Source of the DNA: an uncultured virus (IMG/VR IMGVR_UViG_3300037470_000488)
Lineage: Duplodnaviria > Heunggongvirae > Uroviricota > Caudoviricetes
IMG/VR virus record: IMGVR_UViG_3300037470_000488
Length of the DNA stretch: 64,000 nt
Strand: one strand, 5' to 3'
Made by a program: the position numbers and the translations under genes. The notes under the pieces were generated by a model that was not told the origin of the DNA, did not search any database, and was given only the letters and a program-made list of their open reading frames with translations. Positions 16,133 to 26,314 of the stretch are shown piece after piece. Position 1 is the stretch's first letter; each line of letters opens with the position of its first letter.

Positions 16133-16585
16133 ATGACCGAGCCCACCGCCAGCGCGCCGCCCGTCAAGGACTTCAGCCGCCCACACCGGCAACTCCAGTT
16201 CCGCATCGACGACGACCTGTTCGAAGCCGCACGCGCACTGCCCGGGAAAACCCTCGCGCGGTTCGCCGCCCGCTTCTCCGACATCGACGAGAAGACCCCC
16301 GTCGACAAGCAGCTCGACGTCTTCACCGAGGCCCTCGGCATGGTCCTCCTCCCCGAGTCCAACGTCCGCTTCCAAAAGCGGCTGGACGACCTGGAACAGC
16401 CCATCGAACTGGAGCAGGCCAGCGACGTCATCACCTGGCTCCTGGAGGAGTACGGCCTGCGCCCTACCGAGCCGTCCTCGGAATCGTCCAGTGGGCCGTC
16501 CAGCCCGGCATCTGGCACGAACTCGACGGGCGTGCAGCAGCCGCAGGCTTCGATCCCGGCGACCTTCCAGCCGACCGCTTCCTGA
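16133..16585 (+). CDS. Tail assembly chaperone (G)
   Basis: Acidic 150-aa ORF before tape measure, with Ser/Pro-rich tail overlapping a -1 ORF. Confidence 0.75.
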   Translation: MTEPTASAPPVKDFSRPHRQLQFRIDDDLFEAARALPGKTLARFAARFSDIDEKTPVDKQLDVFTEALGMVLLPESNVRFQKRLDDLEQPIELEQASDVITWLLEEYGLRPTEPSSESSSGPSSPASGTNSTGVQQPQASIPATFQPTAS

Positions 16586-16812
16586 ACTGGATCTACGCCG
16601 AAATGGTCCAGCGCCTCAGCGTCCGCGAGAACGAAAAGCCCGAGACCGCCCGCAAGCGGTTCGACGGGCAACTCTCCGTGCGCGCATGGACCACCCCGGG
16701 CACCCGCGACAAGACGCCGGACCAGCGTGACCCGAAAGCCCCCTACTGGTGGGACGGCGAAGAGGACGCCAGCCAGTCCTTCCTCCGCTCGATGGGGGTG
16801 AACCTCACATGA
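16462..16812 (+). CDS. Tail assembly chaperone frameshift extension (GT)
   Basis: -1 frame reads PYRAVLGIVQWAVQPGIWHELDG...DLPADRFLNWIYAEMVQRL to stop at 16812. Confidence 0.6.
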   Translation, partial: PYRAVLGIVQWAVQPGIWHELDGRAAAAGFDPGDLPADRFLNWIYAEMVQRLSVRENEKPETARKRFDGQLSVRAWTTPGTRDKTPDQRDPKAPYWWDGEEDASQSFLRSMGVNLT

Positions 16813-19604
16813 GCACCCCCGCAGGCGACGGCCTCATCGGCGGCGCAAGAATCCGCATCGACGCCGACACCGACCCCGCGCTCCTCGCCCTCAACGGCTT
16901 CTCCCGCGACGCGCAGGGCCGCATCCGAGACCTGCGCGGCCGGTTCGTCGCCGACGGCACCGTCATCACCCGCTCCCTCACCACCGCGGCCGGAGGCGGC
17001 AACCGCTTCAGCCTCAGCCTGCGCGGCTTGGCGAGCGTTGCCGGCAGCGCCGGCGCGGTGCTCGGCCGGGTGGGTCTGGGGCTTGGTGCCGTAGGCGCGG
17101 CGGCCGGAACAGCGGCACCCCTGCTCGCAGGGATCGTGACTACCCTGCAGAACGTCGCTCCCGCCGGCGCGGTCGCGGTCACCGGAATGCTGGCCGTGAC
17201 GCAGGCTTCGGCCGCCATCAAGCTAGGCATGATCGGCGTGGAGGACGCCGTCACCGCCGCGTTCGACACGTCGGAGGACGGGGCTAAAAAGTTTGACGAG
17301 GCGCTGAAGAAGCTGGCGCCCAACGCGCGCGCGTTCGCCCTCCAGGTCCGCGAGTTGCAGCCCGCGTTCCAAAAGTTGCAGCAGGGTGTTCAGAACCGGC
17401 TGTTCGCCGGGTTCGCCGGCGAACTCAAGGGCCTGTCTTCCACCGTGCTGCCGGTGGTGGGGAAGAACCTCAACCAGACCGCGGGCACGCTGAACAAGAT
17501 GGCGCTCGGCGCCAGTTCAGCTGCCCGCACACTGGCCACGGACGGCACTCTCGGCAAGGCGATGGCGGGCGCGAACAAGGGCCTGTCCAACCTGCGGACG
17601 GTCCCCGGGCAGGTCGTGACCGCGCTGGGCCAGCTTGCGGCGGCAGGCTCTCCGGCATTCGACAGGCTGACTGCCGGAGCAGCGTCGGTGGCTACGAATG
17701 TCAGCGGGCGGCTGTCGAAGGCGTTCAAGTCCGGGGCGCTGGAGAAGGCTGTCGATACGGCGGTCGGTCTGCTGAAGGATCTGGGCACCGTAGCCGCGAA
17801 CGTGTTCTCCACTCTCGGAAACATCATGGCTCCGGTTCAGGCGGCGGGCGGCGGTCTGGTTGGCACGCTGGTGCAGATCACGGGCGCTCTGAAGACGGCG
17901 ACGGGCACTGAGCAGTTCCAGGCCGCCATCAAGTCGCTGGCCAACGTCATGGGCACGCTGGCCCGCACGGTGGGGCCGCTGCTCGGGCAGGCGCTGGCCA
18001 GTATCGCCCCGATCTTCATTGCGCTCGGTCCGCCCGTTCAGCGCTTGATCCAAAATTTGGGTGCCGGGCTTTCACCGATCATCGTTGGGCTCGGCCCTGT
18101 CCTGGCCGCTGCGGCGGATGCTTTCGGGATCCTCATCGACGCCGTGTCCCCTTTGCTACCGATCGCCGGGAACTTGATCGCGTCACTGCTGCCCCCCTTG
18201 GTGCCGCTTCTGACTGCCGTCGGTGACGCCTTCGCCCAGGCCGGACCCGTCGTCCAAATACTCGGCAATGCCTTGCAGTCCGCGTTGCAGCCCGTCCTGG
18301 CGAAACTGCCTTCCCTGGTCGCGCCGTTGGCTGCGCACTTCTCGACCATGGCGTCGCAGGTCTTCCCGATCCTGGCCAAGACCGCTCTCGCCCTGGCCCC
18401 TTCCCTCCTCCAGATAGGTCAGGCGTTCGGGAAGGTTGTGGTGGCGTCCGGTCCCCTCGTCGCAGCCCTGTCTCAACTCACCGTGCAGCTGCTGCCCGCG
18501 CTGCTGCCCCTGCTCACCCCGCTGATCAACACCGTTGTTGCCCTGGCGTCCGCGCTCGCAGGACAACTCGCCTCCACCATGACCAACCTGGTCGTCCCCG
18601 CCCTACAGCTCGTCACCAACCTCCTGCGCGGAGACTTCACCGCAGCCTGGAACTCCCTGAAAACACTGGTCTCCGGAGTCGCCGCACACTTCACCGGCAC
18701 CCTGTCGAGGATCGCCAGCGTAGTCGGCTCCATCCTGCGGGGCATCGTCGACCGCTTCACCTGGCTGTACAACGTCCTCATCGGCAACAGCATCATCCCG
18801 GATCTGGTGCGCGGCATCCTGTCCTGGTTCGGCCGTCTGGCCAGCATGATCCTGGCCCCTCTGGAGCGTTTCCGGTCTTTCGTCGTCGACAAGTTCACCG
18901 CGGTGGTGAACTGGGCCCGCGGGTTCCCGGGTCGCATGGTGGCCGCTCTCTCGGCGCTCGGCGGCCAACTCATGTCGCTCGCCAGCAGCGCCCTGTCCCG
19001 CTTCCGTAACGCCGTCGTCTCGGGCGGCAACTCGGCGCTGTCGTGGATACGCGGCCTGCCTGGCCGGGCGCTAAGCGCGCTCGGCAACCTCGGCGGCTAC
19101 TTGGTCAGTTCCGGGCGTTCGCTGATCAGCGGATTCGTGCAGGGCATCCTGAGCAAGATCGGCGATGTGACGAGCGCGGTCGGCAGCGTCGTCAGCAAGG
19201 CACGTGATCTCCTCCCCTTCAGCCCCGCGAAGGAAGGCCCCTTCTCGGGACGCGGATGGACGCTCTACTCCGGGCGTGCGATCAGCGAGTCCATCGCAGA
19301 AGGCTTGGTGCAGCGGGCGGCTTTGGTTCAGCGGGCTGCGGCTGCGGTGGCGCAGTCGGCGCGGGATGCGGTCGCATTGCCAATGTCGGGCAGTTCGGCG
19401 TTGTCGGGGCGCTCGGCCGGGGCGTCTCTCGGCTTGAACACCATGCGGACCTCGGCGGGCGGCGCGCCCACAACAGTGATCCTGAACGTGAACCTGACCA
19501 ACGCTGGACTGATCGGTTCGCAGCGGGACCTGAAGAACTGGCTCGTCACATCGCTGGATGAACTGCGCCTGCAAGGACGCCTCCCCACGGGATCCGCCGC
19601 ATGA
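16809..19604 (+). CDS. Tape measure protein
   Basis: About 930 aa, Ala/Leu/Gly-rich helical, LIGNSIIPD and LPFSPAKEGPFSG motifs. Confidence 0.92.
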   Translation: MSTPAGDGLIGGARIRIDADTDPALLALNGFSRDAQGRIRDLRGRFVADGTVITRSLTTAAGGGNRFSLSLRGLASVAGSAGAVLGRVGLGLGAVGAAAGTAAPLLAGIVTTLQNVAPAGAVAVTGMLAVTQASAAIKLGMIGVEDAVTAAFDTSEDGAKKFDEALKKLAPNARAFALQVRELQPAFQKLQQGVQNRLFAGFAGELKGLSSTVLPVVGKNLNQTAGTLNKMALGASSAARTLATDGTLGKAMAGANKGLSNLRTVPGQVVTALGQLAAAGSPAFDRLTAGAASVATNVSGRLSKAFKSGALEKAVDTAVGLLKDLGTVAANVFSTLGNIMAPVQAAGGGLVGTLVQITGALKTATGTEQFQAAIKSLANVMGTLARTVGPLLGQALASIAPIFIALGPPVQRLIQNLGAGLSPIIVGLGPVLAAAADAFGILIDAVSPLLPIAGNLIASLLPPLVPLLTAVGDAFAQAGPVVQILGNALQSALQPVLAKLPSLVAPLAAHFSTMASQVFPILAKTALALAPSLLQIGQAFGKVVVASGPLVAALSQLTVQLLPALLPLLTPLINTVVALASALAGQLASTMTNLVVPALQLVTNLLRGDFTAAWNSLKTLVSGVAAHFTGTLSRIASVVGSILRGIVDRFTWLYNVLIGNSIIPDLVRGILSWFGRLASMILAPLERFRSFVVDKFTAVVNWARGFPGRMVAALSALGGQLMSLASSALSRFRNAVVSGGNSALSWIRGLPGRALSALGNLGGYLVSSGRSLISGFVQGILSKIGDVTSAVGSVVSKARDLLPFSPAKEGPFSGRGWTLYSGRAISESIAEGLVQRAALVQRAAAAVAQSARDAVALPMSGSSALSGRSAGASLGLNTMRTSAGGAPTTVILNVNLTNAGLIGSQRDLKNWLVTSLDELRLQGRLPTGSAA

Positions 19605-21802
19605 CCTGGTCCCCGTGCGTGACCGGCGCCGCCTACCAGATCGCCGTCGACTGGGCAGCAGACGGAGACTTCATCGACCCATTCGACAACGTCACCGACG
19701 ACGTCCTGCGCCGCGGCATCAGCATCGCCTACGGCCGCGACCAGGGACGCCAACTGTCCCCAGGCCGCGTCGGCAGCGCAGCCTTCGTCCTGTGCAACGT
19801 GGAACGCCTGTACTCCCCGGAAAACACCGACAGCAGCCTGTACGGGGACCTGGAACCCGGACGCGAGACCAGCATCCAAGCAACCTTCCAGGGCACCACC
19901 TACCCCCTGTTCTACGGGCGCCTCAACGACTTCACCGTCAACGCCGACCGCACTAACCGCAGCGTCGACTTCACCGCCCTCGACGGCCTGTCCACCCTCC
20001 AAGGCGTCAAAATCTCCACCGCCCTCTACCAGGCACTACGCACAGGACAGATCGTCAATCTCATCCTCGACGAAGCCGGATGGCCTGCCGACCGCCGAGA
20101 CATCGACGCCGGCTCTTCCTTCACGCACTACTGGTGGGAAGAGGGCACCACCGCGTTCGATGCGCTACAGAAAGCCGTCAACGCCGAAGGCCCGCCGGCG
20201 ATCGCCTACGTCGCACCGGACGGAACGTTCACCTTCCGCGACCGGCACCACCGGCTACTGCGCTACGCCTCGCAGCAGCCACAGGCGGTGTTCATCTCCC
20301 CCCGGGAGACCTGCCTGACCGTGCAAAGCATCGCCGGACCCCCCGAGCTCCTTGAGGTATCCGACAGTGATGGCGTCCTGGCGACGCTCACCGTCGGCGC
20401 GAAGACCGTCGCCATGCGAGGACCCGAGCGCACGTTCACCGAGAACAAACGGCCCTTCACCGATGCTTTCACCCGTACCGTCGCCAGCGGCTTCGGCTCC
20501 TCCGGCGGCGGCGGCAACTACTCCGTCACCGGAACCGCCTCCGACTTCAGCGTCGACGGCGCCGTCGGTGTGGCCAGCCTGCCCACAGCAAACGCCTCCC
20601 GCTTCGCCACCATCCTCGACAACCTGACCGACGTCAACGTCACCAGTACCGTCACCGTCACCACCACCCCGGCCGGGGCAGCCAGCTCGGTAGGCATGGT
20701 CTTCGGATACACCGACGTCGACAACAATCTCCGCGCCCGCCTGAACTTCCTCACCACCGGCGTAGTCCAGCTCATCCTGGAGAAGGAAGTCGCCAACGTC
20801 ACCACCACGCTGGGCGCGGCAACCACTGTCGGTACCGGCTTCACCGGCGGCGAACTGTGGCACATCCGCGCGCAGCGCGCCGCCACCACCATCCGCTGCC
20901 GGGCGTGGAAAGACGGCGACGATGAACCCGACACGTGGCTGCACTCGGTCACCGAAACCGACAACCCGTCCGGCCGGGTCGGCTTCCGTTTCCTGGCCAG
21001 CACGGGCAGCACCGGCCTGCCCCGCGTCTTCAACGTGGACAACTTGCAGGTCGTCTCCGGCACCTGGACCACGGTCCCCACCGTCACCCACACCACGTGG
21101 GTCCGCGTCCTTGAGGAACCGTTCGACGGGCAGTGGACGGACGAACTCGCCGATCAGATCCTCAGGTGGAGCATCGACCCGAGCCCTGACGTCCTCGCCC
21201 ACGCCATGCGCTACATCACCGGCGCGCCCGCCGTCGTCAACCCGACCCTGGGCGCCCAGGTCGCAGGGCAGTCCAGCTACGGGCCCCTGGACACCGACGG
21301 CACCCGCATCGAGGGCGCCGACTTCCACGACTACATGAGTCTCGACTGGACTTTCCCCAACGGCGAATTCCGTGCCGCCGACCCCGACGAGGCTCTCTGC
21401 CTGGACTGCTCCGGATTCGTCCGCATGGTGTACGGCTTCAACATGGATGTCCCCATGGTCTTCGATCAGGACATCGACGGAATCAACCTGCCTCGCCGCA
21501 CCCTGGACATCGGCCCGTCCGGGCCGGGCGTCATCGTCGCTCAAGCAGTCGGTACCGCACCGTCGCTGGCTGCGATCCAGATCGGCGACGTCCCTCACTT
21601 CGATGCCACATCCGACGGCGGCAGCTTCGGACAGATCGACCACAACGGCATCTATATCGGCGTCGACACCCTCGGCAACATGCGGTTCGTCAACTCCCGG
21701 AAGACACCGAACGGTCCGACGTTCGGAGACCTCGGCGGCGCATCGGTACTCAACGGCAGCGGCACCTACACCACGCGCCTGCGCATCATCCGACGGTTCT
21801 GA
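19601..21802 (+). CDS. Minor tail protein with beta-rich middle region and C-terminal NlpC/P60-like domain
   Basis: N-terminal VDWAADGDF/YGRDQ tail domain; CLDCSGFVRMVYG and DHNGIYIG. Confidence 0.65.
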   Translation: MTWSPCVTGAAYQIAVDWAADGDFIDPFDNVTDDVLRRGISIAYGRDQGRQLSPGRVGSAAFVLCNVERLYSPENTDSSLYGDLEPGRETSIQATFQGTTYPLFYGRLNDFTVNADRTNRSVDFTALDGLSTLQGVKISTALYQALRTGQIVNLILDEAGWPADRRDIDAGSSFTHYWWEEGTTAFDALQKAVNAEGPPAIAYVAPDGTFTFRDRHHRLLRYASQQPQAVFISPRETCLTVQSIAGPPELLEVSDSDGVLATLTVGAKTVAMRGPERTFTENKRPFTDAFTRTVASGFGSSGGGGNYSVTGTASDFSVDGAVGVASLPTANASRFATILDNLTDVNVTSTVTVTTTPAGAASSVGMVFGYTDVDNNLRARLNFLTTGVVQLILEKEVANVTTTLGAATTVGTGFTGGELWHIRAQRAATTIRCRAWKDGDDEPDTWLHSVTETDNPSGRVGFRFLASTGSTGLPRVFNVDNLQVVSGTWTTVPTVTHTTWVRVLEEPFDGQWTDELADQILRWSIDPSPDVLAHAMRYITGAPAVVNPTLGAQVAGQSSYGPLDTDGTRIEGADFHDYMSLDWTFPNGEFRAADPDEALCLDCSGFVRMVYGFNMDVPMVFDQDIDGINLPRRTLDIGPSGPGVIVAQAVGTAPSLAAIQIGDVPHFDATSDGGSFGQIDHNGIYIGVDTLGNMRFVNSRKTPNGPTFGDLGGASVLNGSGTYTTRLRIIRRF

Positions 21803-21815
21803 AGGGAGACCGACC

Positions 21816-22691
21816 ATGTCCCTCGACTACACGGCCCCTTTCATCTACCAGCACGGCTGGCGCGACATCGTCAACGATGTCCTCCAGGACGTGGAACAGC
21901 GCGCCCAGAACACCGACCTGTCCGCCGTGTGGAACACCGAGTCGCCGTTCTCCATCCTCACCGGCCAAACCGTCGAGATCAAAGCTGTCGCCTCCGATCC
22001 GTTCCTTGATGCCGTCGCCCCCACCACCTCGGGCAGCGAACCCGACATCGTGTACACCGGAACCGGCACCGTATCCGCAACCCTGTCCAGGGACTCCGGC
22101 CAGTCGACCATCATCCGCATCACCTCTATCGGCGGCCCCGCGACCATCCTGTCGATGCAGCTCCGCGCCCGCGCCGTACCCGTCGGCCGGACCATCCAGG
22201 TCCGTGAGCAGGACCCCGCGTCGATCACCGTGCACGGCCTGCGGACCTATCCGCAGGACATCGTCCTGGCCACCGCCAACGACGTTGAGGCCGTCGCCGA
22301 GGTCATCGTCGCCCAGTACGCAAACCGGCGCCCGCTGGTATCGATGCGGATCGTCGCACAGGACCCCACCCACCTTGAGCAGATCTTCTCCCGCACCCTG
22401 TCCGACCTCATCACCATCGGCAACGGCGAGCTGGGGCTGAGTGCCGGCTTCTATGTCGAGCAGGTCGAGCACACCATCACCCGGATCGACCCGCAGCAGC
22501 CCCCCATTCACGAGGTGGTCCTGGGGTGCGAGAAGGAACGCGACGCCCCGAACAAGAACCCGTTCACGTTCGACAAGTCGGGTGCCGGATTCGATGACGG
22601 GTTCTTCGACCCGATCGCCGCCGACGACCCCGACACGATCTGGATCTGGGACACGCAATCGGAGTTCGACGTCCACGAGTTCGGAACCTAG
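21816..22691 (+). CDS. Minor tail protein
   Basis: GGGAG RBS; SITVHGLRTY, FYVEQVEH, PFTFDKSGAGFDDG. Confidence 0.65.
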   Translation: MSLDYTAPFIYQHGWRDIVNDVLQDVEQRAQNTDLSAVWNTESPFSILTGQTVEIKAVASDPFLDAVAPTTSGSEPDIVYTGTGTVSATLSRDSGQSTIIRITSIGGPATILSMQLRARAVPVGRTIQVREQDPASITVHGLRTYPQDIVLATANDVEAVAEVIVAQYANRRPLVSMRIVAQDPTHLEQIFSRTLSDLITIGNGELGLSAGFYVEQVEHTITRIDPQQPPIHEVVLGCEKERDAPNKNPFTFDKSGAGFDDGFFDPIAADDPDTIWIWDTQSEFDVHEFGT

Positions 22692-22699
22692 GAGGCCCG

Positions 22700-23068
22700 G
22701 TGAACCTGATGACGAATGCTGCTCGCGCCTACGTCTACAACGGCATGTGGGTGGCGGACTGCCCGGCCTCCTGTGGGGGTGTGGAGCAGCTGTACGAGGC
22801 GAAGCGGAAGGGCGGACCGCGTGAGGTGCGGCGCACGTTGTTCCACTGCTCGTACTGCCATCACGCGACCAGCAACATCGACTGGCCTGCCGACGGGCAG
22901 GAGATCTGGGCCGTGTTGCAACTGCGGCCCGTCCCGCACAACCGGAACTGGTACCCGCAAGATCATCCGACCGCCGTGAAGTTCGGGATCGAACACGGGC
23001 AGAGCGTCCGAGACCTCCGAAACGAGAACGAAGCGCACGGCCTGCCCGCGCGCGGAAAGGCAGCGTGA
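22700..23068 (+). CDS. Hypothetical protein with Cys motifs
   Basis: AGGAGG RBS; WVADCPASC, CSYC, RNWYP. Confidence 0.6.
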   Translation: MNLMTNAARAYVYNGMWVADCPASCGGVEQLYEAKRKGGPREVRRTLFHCSYCHHATSNIDWPADGQEIWAVLQLRPVPHNRNWYPQDHPTAVKFGIEHGQSVRDLRNENEAHGLPARGKAA

Positions 23069-23071
23069 ACC

Positions 23072-23611
23072 GTGGCCTGGATAGCGCCAATGACAGCGGT
23101 CGCAAATACGGTATTCACCGCAGCACAGTTCAACACCCACATTCGCGACAACCTAAACGAGACTGCACCGGCGAAAGCCACCACCGCAGGAACCCTGTTC
23201 GTCGCGGACGGCGCCAACTCCATCGCCGAACGCGTCCCGTCGACAGCAGCCGTGACCACTTCCGAGTCGACGGGCGGCACCGGCTACGGCAACCTGGCGA
23301 CACCCGGACCGGCAGTGACGGTGACCACGGGCACGAAAGCAATCGTGATGGTGTCCTCGCTGGTACAGAACTCGACAGTAGGAGAAAACAGCTACGCCTC
23401 CTACGCCGTGTCCGGCGCATCCACGATCGCCGCCACCGACGACCGTTCCGTACTGATCACAGCCGCGTCCATCAACCAGACGCTGCGCGCATCAGCCGTC
23501 TACATGGAGACCGCACTCACCGCCGGATCGAACACGTTCACGATGCAATACCGCGTCACGGCTGGTACGGGCTCCTTCCAGAACCGCCGCATCACCGTCA
23601 TCCCCCTGTGA
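23072..23611 (+). CDS. Minor tail/fibre protein
   Basis: TAAQFNTHIRDNL N-terminus, LTAGSNTFTMQYR C-terminus. Confidence 0.65.
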   Translation: MAWIAPMTAVANTVFTAAQFNTHIRDNLNETAPAKATTAGTLFVADGANSIAERVPSTAAVTTSESTGGTGYGNLATPGPAVTVTTGTKAIVMVSSLVQNSTVGENSYASYAVSGASTIAATDDRSVLITAASINQTLRASAVYMETALTAGSNTFTMQYRVTAGTGSFQNRRITVIPL

Positions 23612-23620
23612 GGAGAACCC

Positions 23621-24553
23621 ATGGCCGGAACGGGACCGCAGCGCTATCCCAGCGCGTCCACCGCGCACTTCTACCAGGACGATTTCGGCGGCGACCGGAT
23701 GGAGGTCAACGTCGTCGTCCTGCACACCACGGAGGGGCGCAGCCTGCCGGATTACGGCGGGGGCGGGAGTGCCCCGAACTTGACTGCGGTGCCGGACTTC
23801 GCGGCGAAGAAGCTGAAGTGGTTCCAGCACTTCGACATCGACCGCTCCTCCCGCGCGCTCCGCAACCTCGCGGGCGGGGTGACGACGAACACGAACAACG
23901 TGGTGCAGGTTGAGTTGGTCGGCACCTGCGACCCGGCTACCCGCAGCACGTGGGTGAAGGCCGGACTCGTCCAGGACCGCAACTTCGTGTTCTGGCCAAA
24001 GGCTCCGGCCTGGGCGCTACGGGACGCGGCCGCTTTCCTCACGTGGGCGAACAAGCAGCACGGGGTGCCGCTGGTTGGCCCGTCGAAGTGGCCTGCCTAC
24101 CCGACGTCGTATGCCAATGGGGGCGGGCAGCGCATGAGCGGTGCCCAGTGGAATGCCTTCAAGGGCGTGTGCGGTCACATGCACGTCCCGGAGAACGACC
24201 ACGGCGACCCCGGCTCCATCAACTTCCCCGAGCTGCTCAAGCTCGCCAAGGGCGACGTACCTGTCGCCTCTGCACCGACCGAGGAGGTTCCTGTGGCTCT
24301 CACGGACGACGACATCAAGAAGATCGGCCGCCAGGTCGTGACCGGCGCGAACGGCATGAAGGCGCCCGACGACACGTCGATCGAGTGGGCGCTGTCCAGC
24401 TATGTCGGCCTCACCTACAAGGCGACCCGCACCATCGCGGCGGACCTCGCCGCCGTGAAGAAGAAGGTCGACTCCATCGCGGTCGGCGGCGTCGACGTCG
24501 ACGCCCTCGCAGAGAAGGTCGCTGACCTCCTCGCCCGAAGACTTGCCGACTGA
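23621..24553 (+). CDS. Endolysin, N-acetylmuramoyl-L-alanine amidase
   Basis: VLHTTEG, QVELVG, GHMHVPENDHGDPG. Confidence 0.85.
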   Translation: MAGTGPQRYPSASTAHFYQDDFGGDRMEVNVVVLHTTEGRSLPDYGGGGSAPNLTAVPDFAAKKLKWFQHFDIDRSSRALRNLAGGVTTNTNNVVQVELVGTCDPATRSTWVKAGLVQDRNFVFWPKAPAWALRDAAAFLTWANKQHGVPLVGPSKWPAYPTSYANGGGQRMSGAQWNAFKGVCGHMHVPENDHGDPGSINFPELLKLAKGDVPVASAPTEEVPVALTDDDIKKIGRQVVTGANGMKAPDDTSIEWALSSYVGLTYKATRTIAADLAAVKKKVDSIAVGGVDVDALAEKVADLLARRLAD

Positions 24554-24583
24554 CCATCCCATCCAACAGAAACGAGAACCGTC

Positions 24584-24766
24584 ATGAAGGTCTCCAGCAT
24601 CGCAAAGTCGATCGTCGCCGGACTGGCCGCAGGCGCGACCGCTGCCGTCACGGCTGTGCAGGACGGAACGCTCACCACCGGCGAGGGTGTCACTATCGTC
24701 CTCGCCGTACTCGGCGCGTGGGGAATCACCTACGCGGTCCCGAACCAGAAGGACGTGAACGCATGA
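24584..24766 (+). CDS. Holin
   Basis: 60 aa, two hydrophobic segments, ends YAVPN; follows endolysin. Confidence 0.7.
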   Translation: MKVSSIAKSIVAGLAAGATAAVTAVQDGTLTTGEGVTIVLAVLGAWGITYAVPNQKDVNA

Positions 24767-25014
24767 GCAGCCCACTGGACGGACGCATCCGCGCACTGGC
24801 CCGCGACGAAGCCACCATGCTCCTCGCCGGCGCATCAGCCGGATACGACGACATAAACACGGACCGGGTGACTGCGCTGGAGGAGGAAGTCACCAGCCTG
24901 CGCAACACACTGCTGCGCGTCGAGGCCCGCATCGGCGCCTTGGAGAAGGCGGCCGGTCAGGCGGAACAGGAGGCGCGGTCGGCCACGCGACGGACCAGGG
25001 GGTCGGCCGGGTGA
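24763..25014 (+). CDS. Hypothetical coiled-coil protein
   Basis: Overlapping start/stop on both sides. Confidence 0.55.
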   Translation: MSSPLDGRIRALARDEATMLLAGASAGYDDINTDRVTALEEEVTSLRNTLLRVEARIGALEKAAGQAEQEARSATRRTRGSAG

Positions 25015-26090
25015 AGGTCGTCGTGTACCCGGCCGATCGCTTCGGGTGCGGTTCGCTTCGCATGATCTGGCCTGGCGAGCAGTGTGCTGCTGACGGGCAT
25101 GACGTGCGTGTCGTCGGGCAGGATCAGCGGGCGGTACGTCTGGTCATGGAGCGTGACACGGTCCGTGATGTCCTTGTCGACGGCGTGGACGTCGTCGTGT
25201 TGCAGCGGGTCACGCACGCCTACATGGCGCAGGCTGTCAGCGTTCTCCGGGCGAAGGGCGTCGCGGTGGTGGTCGATGTAGACGATGATCTGTCGGCGAT
25301 TCATCCCTCGAATCCGGCGTGGGCGATGCATCATCCGGGCAATGAGGGCCGGCGGATGGCGGGGGGGCAGGTGAACCGGCATTCGTGGCGCAACCTGGCT
25401 ATGGCGTGCCGGGACGCCACGCTGGTGACGGTGTCGACGCCCGCCCTGTTGGATGTGTATGCGCGGCATGGGCGGGGTGTGGTGTTGCCGAACTATTTGC
25501 CGGATCACTACTACGGGCTGCCGCGCGCGGATTCGGATGTGATCGGCTGGCCTGGTTCGTTTCATTCGCATCCGAATGATCCGGAGGCGGTTGGTGGGGC
25601 GGTTGCCCGGCTGGTGGATGAGGGTGCCGAGTTTGTGATGCGTGGGGATCCGTCGGGTGCGGGGAAGGCGTTTGGTCTGGGGGCGGATCCTGCGGGTGGT
25701 GGGGTGCCGATCGAGGAGTGGCCGCGCGCGGTCGCCGAGCTGGGGGTGGGGATCGCGCCGTTGGCCGATACTCGCTTCAACAGCTGCAAATCGTGGCTCA
25801 AAATTTTGGAGCTCTCAGCGTGCGGGGTGCCGTGGGTGGCGTCGCCGCGCGCCGAGTACGTACGCCTGCACAGGATGGGTGCGGGTGTCCTCGCCGACCG
25901 GCCGCGCTCCTGGTATCGGGAGTTGAAGCGGCTGCGGGAGTCGGCTGCGCTGCGGGCCGAGTTGTCGGAGGCGGGGCGTGCGGTGGCGGAACAGCTCCGG
26001 TTGTCGCAGCATGCGTGGCGGTGGCAGGAGGCTTGGGGGCGGGCGTACGAGATGCAGCAGGCTACGCCGAAGGCAGCGGCCCTGGCGTAA
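25011..26090 (+). CDS. GT-B fold glycosyltransferase
   Basis: VVVDVDDDL, VTVSTPAL, VLPNYL, IGWPGS..H..D, IAPLADTRFNSCKSWLKILE..ACGVP. Confidence 0.85.
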   Translation: MKVVVYPADRFGCGSLRMIWPGEQCAADGHDVRVVGQDQRAVRLVMERDTVRDVLVDGVDVVVLQRVTHAYMAQAVSVLRAKGVAVVVDVDDDLSAIHPSNPAWAMHHPGNEGRRMAGGQVNRHSWRNLAMACRDATLVTVSTPALLDVYARHGRGVVLPNYLPDHYYGLPRADSDVIGWPGSFHSHPNDPEAVGGAVARLVDEGAEFVMRGDPSGAGKAFGLGADPAGGGVPIEEWPRAVAELGVGIAPLADTRFNSCKSWLKILELSACGVPWVASPRAEYVRLHRMGAGVLADRPRSWYRELKRLRESAALRAELSEAGRAVAEQLRLSQHAWRWQEAWGRAYEMQQATPKAAALA

Positions 26091-26314
26091 CCTGAGGACG
26101 CTGGCACCCTCTAGCCGACGGAGACACTCAATGGCTTGGACAGAACCCCGGTGGTCTAACTGCCACCACCTCGTCGTTCGTCCGGACGCGCGTACGTCTG
26201 AAGAGGACGAGTGTGGATGTCCCGCGACTGAGACGCCGTGGCCGATGCAGGGTCTTCGGGACGACATGAGGCAGTTGTCTGAACGCCTTCGATCGGCAGC
26301 TCAGTAGCTTTCTG

